A stretch of 63,287 nucleotides of DNA from Phoronis australis. Its lineage: Eukaryota > Animalia > Phoronida. Position numbers and translations under genes: made by a program. This document shows positions 26,024 through 39,900 of the stretch, piece by piece; position 1 is the stretch's first letter; each line of letters opens with the position of its first letter. The notes below the pieces were generated by a model. That model had not been told where the DNA came from. It saw nothing but the letters and a program-made list of their open reading frames with translations, and did not search any database. Location: positions 199,831 through 263,117 of the forward strand of contig NMRA01000438.1 of NCBI GenBank assembly GCA_002633005.1, given 5' to 3'.

Positions 26024-26937
26024 TTTAGCCGCCGTCTACAAAGAAATTACAGAGGACCTTGACAGTCAAACAGCATTCGCAGGACTGGTGTCATAAAATT
26101 ATAAAGTTTGGTCCAGTGTCTAAGATTTGTGACACAGACATTCAGATTCTAAAAACTGGGACATGGCCAGTTGTCTATTTGGGCAACTGAATGGAGGACT
26201 GCTCGAAGAAAAAATTTCGGGAGTATTTGTTCGAGTTGCAAGGAATTTAAGACACCGAAGGCTTAATTCCTAAGGTCATCGGTGGCGCACCATAGGGGGG
26301 GTTGGGGTGCTATAGCCCTCCACTTTTTTTCAGTGCTACGCTGCACATGGTCTATAGGTGGTGCACTACAGGGGGGGGNNNNNNNGGGGGGGGGGGGGGC
26401 TGAGGAGACTTTAGCCCCCCCTCTGCTTTTTTCAGTGCTGCGCCACCCATGAAGGTGTTCCTCTATGCGCAAAAGGTACATGTAACAACGTGACCTTGAT
26501 GTTTTAATGAGTGTGAGGCATAATTTGGCAAAAAGCTTCTGGCGTATGTAGCACCTATACTGGCTATAGCCTTACAGGAGCTTCACCGGCTGTAGTTCAA
26601 CTAGTCTAGGGAAGCCTGAAAGTCAAAAGATGTTCACTGACTATGCCTTGTGAGGTGCAATTAACAGAAAATGTTTCGACGTAAAAGGCATATTTGGATG
26701 CACCACCACCTACATATACTCTAGATGGTTTAATTTAATCGAAACTGAACATCTGACTTGTTGGTTTGTCATGGAACAGAAGATACACAGGCGAGCCTGC
26801 AGTCTGCAGCTACGCAGCAAAGCAAAATCGGCGATTTCGTCGCACAAACCCGAGATCTGCACTTTCCTTAGAAGCCGAAGAAGATCAGTAAAGAACGTAA
26901 AGCAAGATATCACAGGATACCACCCTTTGTAACTCAC

Positions 26938-27030
26938 TCTTTTCACAAACTAATTCTGAGTAGTCAAAGACTCGAAAAATAATCGGGATTTTGGTTATAA
27001 AATCCGTAGACCGTCCTCCATCTTGGTCAA
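26938..27030 (-). other. ATP6V1C1: Probable non-coding first exon (5' UTR) of ATP6V1C
   Basis: Minus-strand donor GTGAGT at 26937-26932 pairs with the acceptor at 26036-26037. A YY1-like CAAGATGGAGG lies at ~27015-27025. The TSS position is approximate. Confidence 0.55.
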
Positions 27031-27031
27031 A

Positions 27032-27039
27032 TCACGTGA
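27032..27039. promoter_or_regulatory. TCACGTGA E-box (CLEAR/M-box-like MITF/TFEB site) in the ATP6V1C promoter
   Basis: Palindrome ATCACGTGAT directly upstream of the inferred first exon. V-ATPase subunit genes are established MiT/TFE targets. Confidence 0.55.
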
Positions 27040-27842
27040 TAAAATCCAAATTTTTCACTTCTGCGCATTCTTTTGCTCATACTGTGACGTTTGACATAGT
27101 TTAATTTAGGTCAAATGTTGTGTATTGTTGAGGTGTCGGCGTGATTGTTGGTTGCGTTGCTGCGATGGATTCGCCCCCAATTTTCCCCTTGGCATTGCAA
27201 GTTTAATTCAACGAAGCATCTGATGACTTCCCATGATATTCATCCGGTCAGCTAACGAACGGTTCTGTTACCGTACATGCGCCAGCTTCGGATCATCGAT
27301 GACGGAATAGCAGAAATGATTCCACATTGAGACATTGAGTCTTCCAGGGCAAAGCGAAAATGACAGCATTCTTCGATATCACATTTGGCCAATTTCTGTG
27401 TGAAGTTATATACGAGATTAGCTTATGAATAAGATTTGTTTTTCTTCGGATCTGTTTATACTACTTATACCGTCTCGTAAGTCTCTCGTTGACTTCCCTC
27501 AGCGGCCTCATCGCCGTGACTGCAAATGATTCGATACTAGTTAGTACTAGTAGTAGTATTTGATATTGATCTTGTGATTCTTGTGGTGTTCTCGCGTTAA
27601 TACCTAGCTCATCAAACAATCTTGTAACTTTCCTCCACTATGTTAAAAACTCATATAATACCCTTCAGAACAATAAAAACCGTACTGAATGTTCTTGTGG
27701 AGCAGCAGTTCTGTGAAACACGAAACCAAAGGTGTAGGATCAGCGTGGCTGTAAGCACAGGTCTTGTAGTGTGCGTGAACCTACATGGATAATCACTGTT
27801 GTGCATTGGATTATAATCCCAGGATAGAAACTTGTTTTCACT

Positions 27843-27999
27843 ATGGGAAACGGATGTGCAAAGATTAAAAAGACAAAAAAGTCTGAGGTAAAAGTCGACG
27901 CTGTATTGAATAGATTACAGAAAGTTAGCGTAGTATTCGGAACAGATATACAAAAGTTGAATGCAGATGACAAGAAAACCCTGATAGTCTTCATTTTTG
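27843..27999 (+). CDS. AK-like coding exon 1
   Basis: MGNGCAKIKKTKKSEVKVDAVLNRLQKVSVVFGTDIQKLNADDKKTLIVFIF G|gtaagt (phase 1). Confidence 0.75.
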
Positions 28000-30900
28000 G
28001 TAAGTATTGCTTGTGATGTTCGTCGGCTAGCTATGATTAATGCGACAGATTTTTTTCTTTCATGATGGGAGACTGCTGAACAATTAATTATAATATAGGC
28101 GGATCCAGGGGGGTTGAGGTGTCCAGACCCACCTTTTTACCCCTTGATTTTAATGATATCAAATATAGAATCTTCAAATTATTGACTGTGACCCCCCACT
28201 GTAAAAAATCCTTTAGGGTCAAATCACTCCATTTTAAAAGATCGGCTGGATCTACCCCTGTATCAAATGAGAATTTCTCGCTTATACGTTGGTCACGGCC
28301 AAGATTCCTTTTTCCATGATCAGACATCTTTCACAGTATAATGGTTATATATTTAGCACGCCCTTTGTATTTTTGCTAATGAAGCAGAAAGGGCCGTGCT
28401 TGCACTACTTCATTAATGGTGGTCGTTATTACACCAAAATTAATTTTCTCTGACAGTTGCATGCAGCGTTCGAAATACACGCTGGCGTGGTGGTCTGAGG
28501 CCAGTGGATTTGGGGCCGGGCCAGTAAACGTTCGCATATAGATCTTAATTGTGGATGTAGTGTCATATTTATTTGCTGAAGCTTGAACATTGGTTGCACT
28601 GAGTTACAGCCTGAAATATGAAAAGTAAGCGGATTTGATGACATTTTCCAAGATGTTACTGGGTAACTGGTAACTGGGTTTCATCTTGACAATGGGCCAT
28701 TTCACAAACTATCGTTAGTTTTGAATATGTTTCGTAACTGTTTTCGTCATTTTATTTAATACTCCTGTCTAGTTTGTTCCATTTCCTGCCTGGTTGCTAC
28801 TTTTGATTTTACTTTTAAGCTTGAAATGCCATAACAGTTGCAGATTTTGATTGCCTCAGTGAAACCTAGAAGTCACCATGACCCACCGACCCTACTCTAT
28901 TGCTTGGATTTTCTCATTGACATAGAGCCTACTGTAGCCATATTACCAGTAGTTAGTCTTCAAATACGTGTTTTATCGCCAGCTAATTACCGACTCACAG
29001 TTTTCCCGTTAGCATGGCACTGGTACTCCTCGAATAAAGTAGTCCGGCATGACTTGGCGATATTCGCTGTCATAGAAGCTAAATGACATCTAATTTTGTG
29101 TGTTGTTTCTGTTTGTCATAATGTGTTTTAGATTTATACTAAAAGCATAAATCATGTGGTGTTGTAATTATGATCAGCGTTTATAAATCTTTCGAGTATA
29201 CCAATGCCCTCGGTCGCTTGTCTTCAACTCGTAACCAATGTTTGTTGATTTTAGCTTATTTAGTTCACCGATATTTAAAATTCGAAAACCATAGCATGCT
29301 GTTTTTTCCAGCTGAATACTTCTGTAATGTTTATTTTTAATGAAAATTAATGGTCTATAAATGCACTAGTGTGTACCGGCGGAGATTTTAATGCAGTTGG
29401 GTAACTACACTTAAAGCCGAACTTCAACGGAATTTTGTTATTTTAGATGTATTGGGCTAACCAGATAGTCTCTTAGAGCAAAGCCTTAGTAAATTGAAAA
29501 AATACGAGTTCAATCAGGCAAATGTAAGCCTGTCCAATGAGAGGTTTATTTTTTTGTGCCATGCTGGTGCGAGATCCCAGCCCAAACAACAAAAGGCCGA
29601 TAACAGTTGTATTGAACAGGGGTCTTACAACATCACTGGATGCTGGTGTTACTCACAGCTGTTGGAATTAAAAGGTGATTCTTGCAGACTGACCTAGACA
29701 AAATCAAGCCAATAGGCCTGACAGTTCGATACATTTGGCAATGTATGGTGCTAGTTCGCTCTCAGCAATGCTCTTAACATACTGTAGGAACCAAACTTAC
29801 AGGTGTTTCTGTTCAAGATAAGCTTTAATTGGGTCTTGCTCCCACTCAATGCGGTCATCGCAACCCGTTTGTCCAGACTGGGACTGGGACTCCTTGATCC
29901 TGTGAAAGCCTCCCAGAACAGGGTTGAAGGAAAAGCAATGAAAATTCCCACACATCTTTAAAAATTACGTGTTTTGCTTGTAAGTGAACCTGCATATCTA
30001 GAAATTGAGATTGAAGAAATTTTGAACAACCATTTCCTTATGATAAAAGTTTTGTCATTCAAAAAGTAACAGGCATAAACATTTGTTACTGTCCATGTAA
30101 TTGCTGTTGCAAGACCAATGTGTGACTGATGGTTATTCCTTTTACACCTTTGAGAACAATGAATCTTGCATCTAGATAACTGTTCGTCGCCATTCTGACG
30201 TACCAAAAATACGTTCACGTGCACTTCTAAAAATGTACATAAATTTATGATGACAATGCCAATAAAATCGTGATTGTAAGAAAGCTTAACAACATTGGGT
30301 CATGTTCAATGAATCTCAGTGATCATGTAACATGAACTGCATCTTCAAGACATTTGATTGAATATTTGGAACTGTAACATCGTCAGTAGGTGACTTGTGT
30401 TTTGTAAATAAACGGTTACCTTGGTTACCTAGATGCAGCCTGAATGTGTGGAACATTTTTCATTCAAGCTTCAAATGAATAACCTGCAGTGACATAAAGA
30501 GTGATTCTTGTAAGTTTTCTTAAGAAGACCACCTCAGTATTTGTCTGAAAAAATCATGCGTCACTCGGAACAGTTGGTTGCATGATCACAACTGTGTGCA
30601 TAATGAAGAAAGATGTATTCAATAATTAAAGAGAACGGTTCATGTGTGCTATCGTGCGTTAATGACGAGTTGCCTTGAAATAAAAATGGATGAGATTTCG
30701 GTTACATTCGAGGCATTTGTTTGTCAGCCCTCTGGAGTTCATCGACTATGAAAACTCATACGATCAAATTCTGTTGATGAATGTGTTGGAAATAAACAGT
30801 AATTAAGTTGGAAAGAACTCACTTTGCCCGCTCTAACTCTCACAATATACAACTCTCTCTCTCTCACTAAAATAGAAAATCACTACATTTTGTGCACGCT

Positions 30901-33900
30901 TCTGTAGTTCCACAAAATGAGTCATTGACTCTGGTGGCTCTTGCAACCAACCTGTGGGATGTGAACTATTTTTACGTACTTGTAAGCTTTTGTGCATGAC
31001 AATTGAGTAACATTGTGCACGCTAATTTTGGGATAAGGTATTGTATTTGTCCGTACAAAATTGTACGATTTATTGTTTCTATGGACATTGGATTTCTGAA
31101 TTAACATACTTGAGGAGTTTTAAATGGTACGCAGATTAATCGAGGCATATAAACACAAAAACCTAAGATTAAGTCCTAAAAGGAAAACTTCAGTCATGGG
31201 TTATTTTGTGTTGTCATCTTCATGCCGATCGTACGAGTTTTAAACTGGATGATCATTGGAGAAACAGGTGAAGGTCGGATATATATGCCTGAATTTTGAG
31301 AACCAGTTTAATGTCGCCTGTGTGACCTCAAATTTTGTTTGGTGACCTCGGTAATGATTCCAGGTCACCGAAGTTGCCACAAAACATGTGAGCACGCACT
31401 CAAAAAACTACAGGAATGGAAGCCGGTATCGTTCGTAAAAATTTGAAGTGCCCATTGTTTTCCAGGAAGGAATCATGGGATTCAAAAGTGATATCCAAGG
31501 ACCATATTAGGAATAAATTGGTTGTGAATGAGCGCTTGAGACTCACATCTGGCGTGCGTTCAGTAGATGCTAGGACCTACACTAGGACCAAGCTAAAACC
31601 TAGTCAAAGTCCCATGTTCTTATTTAAAATGCACGTCAATATCTCACGTAATCTCGTGAAGTCTTGCTTTTTAGCGAGGTCCTAGCGTTACTCAGAACAG
31701 GAGGCTGATCTTCCATTTCAGGAAATAAATGCCTGGTGATGTCCGGTCAACACTAGCGAACAATTATTGAGCTCTCCATCTTTAGCTGATGGAATAATAA
31801 GCCTCCTAATTTCTCATTTGTTGATGTAAACCACCGATAAGCAATGCTTCCAGTATATATCCATTAAAATCAGAGATCAAACACACGGTTAAATTACAAC
31901 GGAAGTCGGAATTACAAAAATATTTTTCGGTGAAACAATTTGCGCCTCAAGTGTATGCGATCGCATGTGTTCTATCTTCGTTGGCAGGAGAAATTGAGTT
32001 AGAGATTGAGAATGGAGTATGGCACTTACCTTTATTTAAAGTTTTTAGTCCATGATTTCAACTTCAGTTTTGGTGACCTCAGATTTCGTTTGGTGATTTT
32101 TGACAAGTTGCCAAAAGCGACTTAGCATCATTTAGTTAGCTGTCGAGCACTGAAAATGTTCACCAGACCTGTGTAATTCCATTCTTTCTATGAATGATTC
32201 ATTTGGTTTCGTTGTTGAGATTGAGGGATTGGTAACTGTACATCATTGCCTATGTGGTTAGTTTTGATGTCATAGTCTGCTTACCAACATACTTACGCCC
32301 GAAACCATAACGTGTCGATGTCTTAACACTATGTTCAGATTTTGTAAGGTCGATTGACAAATTATGCTCAAATGTCAAGGTGTTCAATGTTGCATTGAAG
32401 CAGAATTATGTATGACAATCAAATCTTTGACCATGTAGATCAGGTGTGATAATGGGTTTCCCCTCACCTCTATTCTAGCTGAAATTTACATGATCAACCT
32501 TGAGACTGAAGCACTGGCAAGTGACGATCCATTCCCCCCNTTATTAACCGAGCATGGGAATTTGATTGGACTTCAACATCTTGACTTTTGAATAGGAGTA
32601 TAGCTTTATCAAAAACACTCCTAGGTTATGACTAACACTGAAATTTTCTAGTTTCCATGCAATGGAACTTTTCATTACATGTTAACACACTTGACAACTA
32701 GCACCTTTTGGTCATGGCTGAGAAGATAATTGTTTATTACCCCTGATGGTTTTGAATAGCCCAACCCAAAACTGCCAATCTGCTTGACGTTTTGTGGCCA
32801 ACTGGTTCCATTTCCTGATAGAACCAACCATAAAGTGTTTACTAAACAATGTAGTTCTATGCTGATGTATTACAACATATGCACTAGTTCTAATTGTGAC
32901 TATCATGAACATGTGATACCACTTGATGTTAACAAGATTGGACATCATGACTTAAGACGTTTAACTAACCTACAAAGACATTGGAAATCTTACAACTTAA
33001 GCATTAAGGTAGCCATTTCAGGGCTCTGCAAACATTTATTTAGAAGGCTTGTCAAAGGGATAATCTAATAATGCTCTGACAGCCAGATCAGTCTTTCAAT
33101 TTTGAAACAGTACCTGTGTCATGGGCCAATGCTGCATGGACAGTCTGGCTGACATGGATACTGGCACTTAAGGGACTTAATTGCTACAGTCAGATAATGG
33201 CTCCTGACTCATCAGTTTGTGCTTTGGGACTGCCAGTCTGTTTACAGCCATGCCTACTGCCTTTACTGTAGTCTCAAAACCAGAGACTCAGCACACCATT
33301 ATTACCCCCTTGATGTGGAGAACAAAATCTTGATTAAGTGTATTGCAAGTGCTAAGCTGATCATTGGTGATAACAGTGCTGTGGTGGCAAATACACTCAA
33401 GATTTCACAAAATAAAGGGAATAATTGTGAACCAAAGGTATTAAATCTAGGAAAACTTTGGAAACCAATGTTCACAAACTTTGAAACGAATTTCAGTGGA
33501 ACTGTTGTCTGACTTTGATACTCATAGTTTTCCTTGGACTGACAGGGACCTGGACTGGCCCTAATGCAGCTAACCCATCAGGTTATGTTGTAAATAGTGT
33601 TTACCTGCGTTTAATTGTACAGTAGTAATTTATAATTTCCACAGTATGATCTTATGCTGGGACAAGTTACTGGGCTAGAAGAAGTTATCCAGAGCAAGTT
33701 ACCTTAGAACAAGTTATGCTACCTTGATATTTTGTGTTTTAAGTGTTGGTATGTGGAATCCTTTCCCAAGCACTAAATTTTGTCATTGTCAAGTTATTTT
33801 TGGCACTAGCAAATACCTGAAGGGGATTGCTTCTTTCATCATTGCCATGGTGTTCGCGTTCAATCCCTTATGAATTTGTACAGATCTATCAGAGTGTCTA

Positions 33901-36900
33901 ACGTGCAGTTAACAGTCGTCTACAAAAGTTGACACGGATCAGCTGACACGGAACGAGTTGTTCCAGAACAAGTATGTGTGTAAACGGCTCTGACACGGAG
34001 CAAATTGACACTGCCGTGTCAACTTTTTGCCACCCGTTTGTGAGGTAGAGCAATTTGCGCTGAACATCTTACTCCGTGTCAATTATGTGTCTAAACGCGT
34101 AACTGGGTTAAGCAGGAAAGGATTATCTCTACTGCGCTTGTGTAATGACCTCAATACAGGTTCTTTGTCTCTTAACTCCCCTGATTTGTAAACTTGCCCA
34201 TACACTCTCCAGCCTACAATTTCCGTCTTGCCACAGTTAGTACGGACGCTTGATACCGATCAATTTGCGCCGTGTCAGTTGCGCCGGGCCAAAAGTTGAT
34301 GTCTAAACAGGTCTTTAAAGACAGGACTTTCTTTTAAAGTTTTACTACCTCTAGGCACAACATATTTCAGTTATTGATTTTTAGTTTTCTATGACTTGCT
34401 CATCCACATGTAATTTCGTGATGACAAATATGCATTAAATTTGCAAACTGGTATTGATTGATTTGTACTTGAATTCCCTTTTGTACAAAAATACATTATG
34501 TGGGTTAATCTTGTATGTTAGAGAAATTTTATGTGTGACTGATTTAGGGTCACTAAAATGAGGGAATGAGACAAAAGTATGTAAATTACATAACAATTTT
34601 CTGGTTCAAGTCCCAGAATCTACACAAAAACTAATGCCAAGATACTCGTATTCATGGGACTGCCTCATTTTTAAAAAAATCTTCATTTTTCATGGAGATT
34701 GCCATAATTTCTACAAACATGAATTCTTTGCATGAAACTTCTAAATTTTTTAGCTACAAACACTGCCAGTAGTATTTTCTTAAGGTATTTAGCCCTAGTA
34801 TTTCAACTTCGCTGTCAAACTGAAGACATTAACAAAAATGGAAGCCGAGCTCTCACAATGAAACCCTTTAAAAAAATGCCAGGCCGCCTGGCTTTTGTAC
34901 CTATGGTAATAGTATAAAACAGAAAATTTGAATGTGGGATTTTTGGAAAATTTGGTTCTCCACATGAAAAATCATAATTTCAATGTCCAGTTGCATGATT
35001 GTGAGCATCTGGATATTGTTTTTGTGGAAATCTTAAGGATGGTAAAAATGTGTAGTTTTATGTGTCTAGGTAGTAAAAAGGTCATTTAGAAATTTGCTTT
35101 TAGGTAATGGTGTAATTCTTCAACCTTAAAGACCAGTATTAGTTGCCCCATTATTTCAACAATATTAGTATATTAGAACATTCTATAAAGACGTTATCAG
35201 GGTGTTGGTAACGAAATCTGTTGGCAAAAAAATCTTAAAAACCTACAGTTGTCACGATCTGTCACTGTGCCGGAAATAAGAGTCATTTAGGAAAGATCAA
35301 ATAACAAGATTGTCTATTCAACTGGGCTAAAAACCCTGGTCTCAAATATGGAATTTTCCTGCCTAAAGTTATGCATCACTTTTTGGGAATTAATTTCGAT
35401 GTCGATGTAGATGAAATTGTTTAACTAAAGTATCACATTTAATTAATGAAATTGAAAGAGACTCATGACAGCCTTCATCACTAAGTCCTCTTGGCAGAAT
35501 TACTGTTATTAGTGTATCTTGTTACCTTGTCACCCAAGCTAATTCATTTGCTCCTTGTTGTGCCATCAGCATGATCCTGGCAATCAGTAATCTGTCTTAA
35601 ACTAGATGTGTTTCAGATTTGTTCGATGTGACAAAAATGACATATTATAGAAAAAGGAAATGGTGAAAAAAGTCCTTTGCCAGGACGTTTTAAAATGATT
35701 CTCATTGGATAAGTTTTAATTTTTTATAATCATGTTTACACAAACTAGTATTTCAGCCAATGTTATTCAGCAAAAATTGACGTTTTGGGTCTTTTATATG
35801 TGCCGCAGGAAAGATGTTGGTTATAATTATGATTTCCTTGACTTGAACAGATTCGTAACGTCTTAGGCTTCATTTTGTAGCTGTTAGGCATCGTCGGCTC
35901 TGCATGTCATTGCGCTTCTGCGTGAAAATTTTAATTTTAATGAAGATTCCAGAGGTATGAAACTTTCTGTTATTGATTACAAATTTCCAAATAGCAAATA
36001 TTGCGAATATACATATATTTCAGATAATTTGATTAATATACAAAAAAACCAACGCGTGATCTGAGATGGGAATCACAAATAATATTCTTGATACAATCTG
36101 AGGACGGAAGTTTTTGCTTGCTCCCTTTAAATTGCGCTGATGGTTTGAGATTGAGATTTAAGTAGATTTCAAACTTTTTTGGCCACATCATGTTGTCATG
36201 GCAAACAATTTTCTGGTAAAAATTGGTAAGAGTCGAATCTTTGTACATTTTATAAAAAGACCAAAAATAAAACTCATGATGAAAACTTTCTGGTATGCCT
36301 AAATTCAATGGTTGCTTTCAAAAACACAGCTTTAGTACGTAGCTGTTCTCTAATCGAGTGGTGTATTATTTGGTAAGCTTCATAAATTGAATATATTTAA
36401 TTTACTTATTTTTGTGCGAAAGTATCAAATTTCCTGTCAAAGGCTTAGAAATATTGCTCCTTCAACTGAAATTTTTAAGAAGGAATTGTTACAATTATTT
36501 CAAATCAGAAATGTGTTTATGCCTAACTGCGATTATTAAAGCTATGATGAACATGGTCCTCTTTGTCTCTTCTGGTTTTTGACTATGAGCTACGGTAAAG
36601 TCGCGTGATTTTCGGACACTGAAAATTAATTCCAATAGAAAAAATTCATTCTTGGACGAATCTCGCGAAACATCATTTCTGTGGTGTCCGAATTTGGCGG
36701 ACCTCCAAATTTAGGTTTCCGCTAGTGTCCGAATTTCGTGGGTGTACATTATTTCGATGAGCGGTCGTAGTATCAACATTGCTGGCTCGGTCATTTGATA
36801 GCAGTATAATTGCAGGTAAATGAGACTCAAATAGTCTGAGCGATTAATTTTTGAAAATCTGGCTTTCCCAATAAGAAATGTGCGCCGTCGACGCACAAAA

Positions 36901-39900
36901 ACCGTTCCCAACTAGTGTTGGTTCTTCTTTTCAAAGATGTGCTTTCTCAATATGAAATATTCGGCTTGCATTGCCGATGCTCAAAAACCGTTCTCCGCAA
37001 GTGACGGAATCTTTTCAAAACTGCGCTATCCCACTTGAAATATCGGGCTGCGTTGCGAAGAGTCTTCCTGGTGACAAATATGGGCTTTTCAATGAGTGGG
37101 TCTGGTTTGCGTTGTTGACGCACATGAAACGTTAGACAACCGATTCTCTTTTGTAAAAATGCGTTTTCTCAATAACAAAAATGTCGAGTTTGCGCTGTGA
37201 ACGCATGGTTTCCCAATAAAATGCTGGAATTGCGTATTCGGCGCACAAAGAGGGTTCCCGACCATCAAAACATGCGCTTTCTCAATTTTAACGAATTTTG
37301 CATTAAACGTAACAGTAATGGATGTGGGAACGAGTTCAATGAAGAAAGTGACGAACAATGACAAGAACATAGCATATATTTATGTTTGTTAAACGTATCC
37401 ATGCATTGTCTGCTGGTTACAAACCGAAACGCAAGTTAACTCTGACACATTTATTTCCATATTAACTGAAAGCTCAGTTTCAACATGAAAACTTCGATTG
37501 AACAATTACCCAAAATAGATAACAAAGACAATCATGATAATAAAACGAGTAGTTTCTCATCGACTTGTGATCCCCATTTGTCGTCCTGGTAGTCGTCTGA
37601 ATTGTTGAAGAAGCGCTGTCGTTCTACATGTTTAGGCCTACTGCGGCAAACGATGGGAATGCGTCGACTAGTACAGTGCTGCGCGGCTGAAGACACGATT
37701 AACTAACATATTGTATATATAAGGGCGTTGTCTAGAAAGCAAATGCAATTTCAAATGCTACCAACATCAAATTCACCCAACCGTTTTTTTTTTAAAATTA
37801 AAACCTTTCTCATCCACAGCCTTTGAAACGCCCGATGTTAACTCAGTGATACACTGGCGCGTCTTCATGCAACTGAGGTGACCTAACACATCTGGGTTCG
37901 CTTACGTTTTTAACCACAGTGAAAACTCTGACTTGTGAAATCTTTTTGTGGATGAAATGAAACTGATAATCGTTAACATTTTCTGGTAATCTGCGTTTCT
38001 TCTGGTCGTCACAAGTTTAGCGCCGTCCACGGTCGTCACCAATTTCGCGCAGCTCAGTCTCCGTCAGTCACTACTAATTTACGCCGCCACCCCCCCCCTC
38101 GGCCTCCTGTTGCACACCAATGTCGATTTTGCGCCACTAATTCTAAGGGAGTCTACTAGGTGCAACCCCCTGCCAAGACCGTTGTTGCGCACGTTGATAC
38201 AATAGGATACTGGGCAGATCACGACTGTTAGAAGAATCGACTAGTGACGACCTGAAAAGAAAAACGAAAGCACTCAATTTGGGACAGGTGAACTCATGAA
38301 GGACGTAAACCAGGCAATTCAAGTACCATTCTACTATTTATATACTTAATTTTCTTTCTTAATGTATATTTAACCAATTACAATTCATCTATGTCGACCG
38401 TTTTCATTTCATTTCGTCATATATTTGCTACAGTTACGGAAAATAGTTCTTCCCACAGGTCTCTGCTGATGGACATTACACACTTCTGCTAACATTTAAA
38501 GTATGAACAGTCGCGAGTTTACTGAAGTCTCATTATAAGTACAGAAATGTTGTTGAAGAATAACAGTGACTATCTGAAGACAGGAATACATAACAAAATA
38601 AAATATGGAAACACCAAACAAAAATCAAAACAACACTTACCTGTTGCAATAACGCCTTAAATGCGAACGTACTGACCGACTTGCATGAACGGAATGTTAG
38701 TTGAACATGTTAGTAGAACAAAACTGTCTCAATGAAATTTTCATGGTTGACAGGTTTAAGAAGATCCACCGTAGATTTCCGTATATAAGTCCAGGAGAAT
38801 ATATGGCCAATTTGCGTATCTTAAATTTTTCCCTAAAATATACCTGGGATGCATATCTGAGAATAAAAATGCATGCTTGAAATCTAAAAATAATGCTATT
38901 CCCACTAGGATATAATTAGGGTGAGCTACAGTATTTATACTGTGTTCGTGTATTCGGCATTGCTGAGTATAGGCCCTGGTGTATTTTTACATAAGACGTT
39001 TGGTTTCCCCAACTTATATACGGAAATCGCTAGTAATACTTCCCAAAATTATTTACCCTTGCTGCAAGTAAGGCATCACCTCGGGTAAAAATAGAACAAT
39101 AATAATTAGCAATGTAACAGTCAACACAATTAAACACACTTACAGCTGAAATGCCTCTAAAACTATATTAAGTAATACAAAAAACATGGTCTGTAGTTTA
39201 AGATCACGTTTCTTTTTTGTCTCAAAACTATCAACTGAAGGCGGTAACATAGACATGAAGACAAGGTCCTGTGGAAAGTAGATATGGAACTCCGGTCGGA
39301 AACACCTATCAGGTTCCAGGCCCGTTGCATCGGACTCCAGGTCCTGTATTCTTGTTAGCCTACCCCTAGGACCACAAGAAGCAACGACTACCAAATCTGA
39401 TTCAACTGACTTGTCATTTTTCGAAATGATTGGTGGAGGATTTTCTTAGTCGCCGCAGACAGAGAGTGCCACAGGGTCCCGGTGTCCTTGTCGGGATTCA
39501 TCTTAATCGCGGGACAACATGGAGTTCTGGGTGTTGTACCTCAGACGGTACAGGGTGTGAATTAACAAGACCACAAGTACACAGACCAGTGGATGAGCAA
39601 GCAAAATTGGGTCGCCGCAAGTTAAATCTTTTTTAGGTTCACATCTGGTGTAAAGCTCGCAACGCTAGAACTTCGCTAAAAAGCAAGAATTCATGAAATT
39701 ACGTGATGTATTGTGTTTTTTAATTGAAAGCGTGATTTTGGCTAGATTTTAGTATTTCCCAAGACAGCTACTGAACTCTACCCTAGTCTGCGACCAGGGG
39801 CGCAAGGGTGAGAATCTCACGACCACGCTAGACTGAAGACGTCGAGACGTATGGTGAGGCATTGCAAACGAAGCACACGATCACACTATCTTCTTTAGCG

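Noticed and set aside
26279-26451. G-rich tract as a G-quadruplex or regulatory element
   Set aside because: It spans Ns (26379-26385) and looks like a small MITE with poly-G; the sequence is unreliable here.
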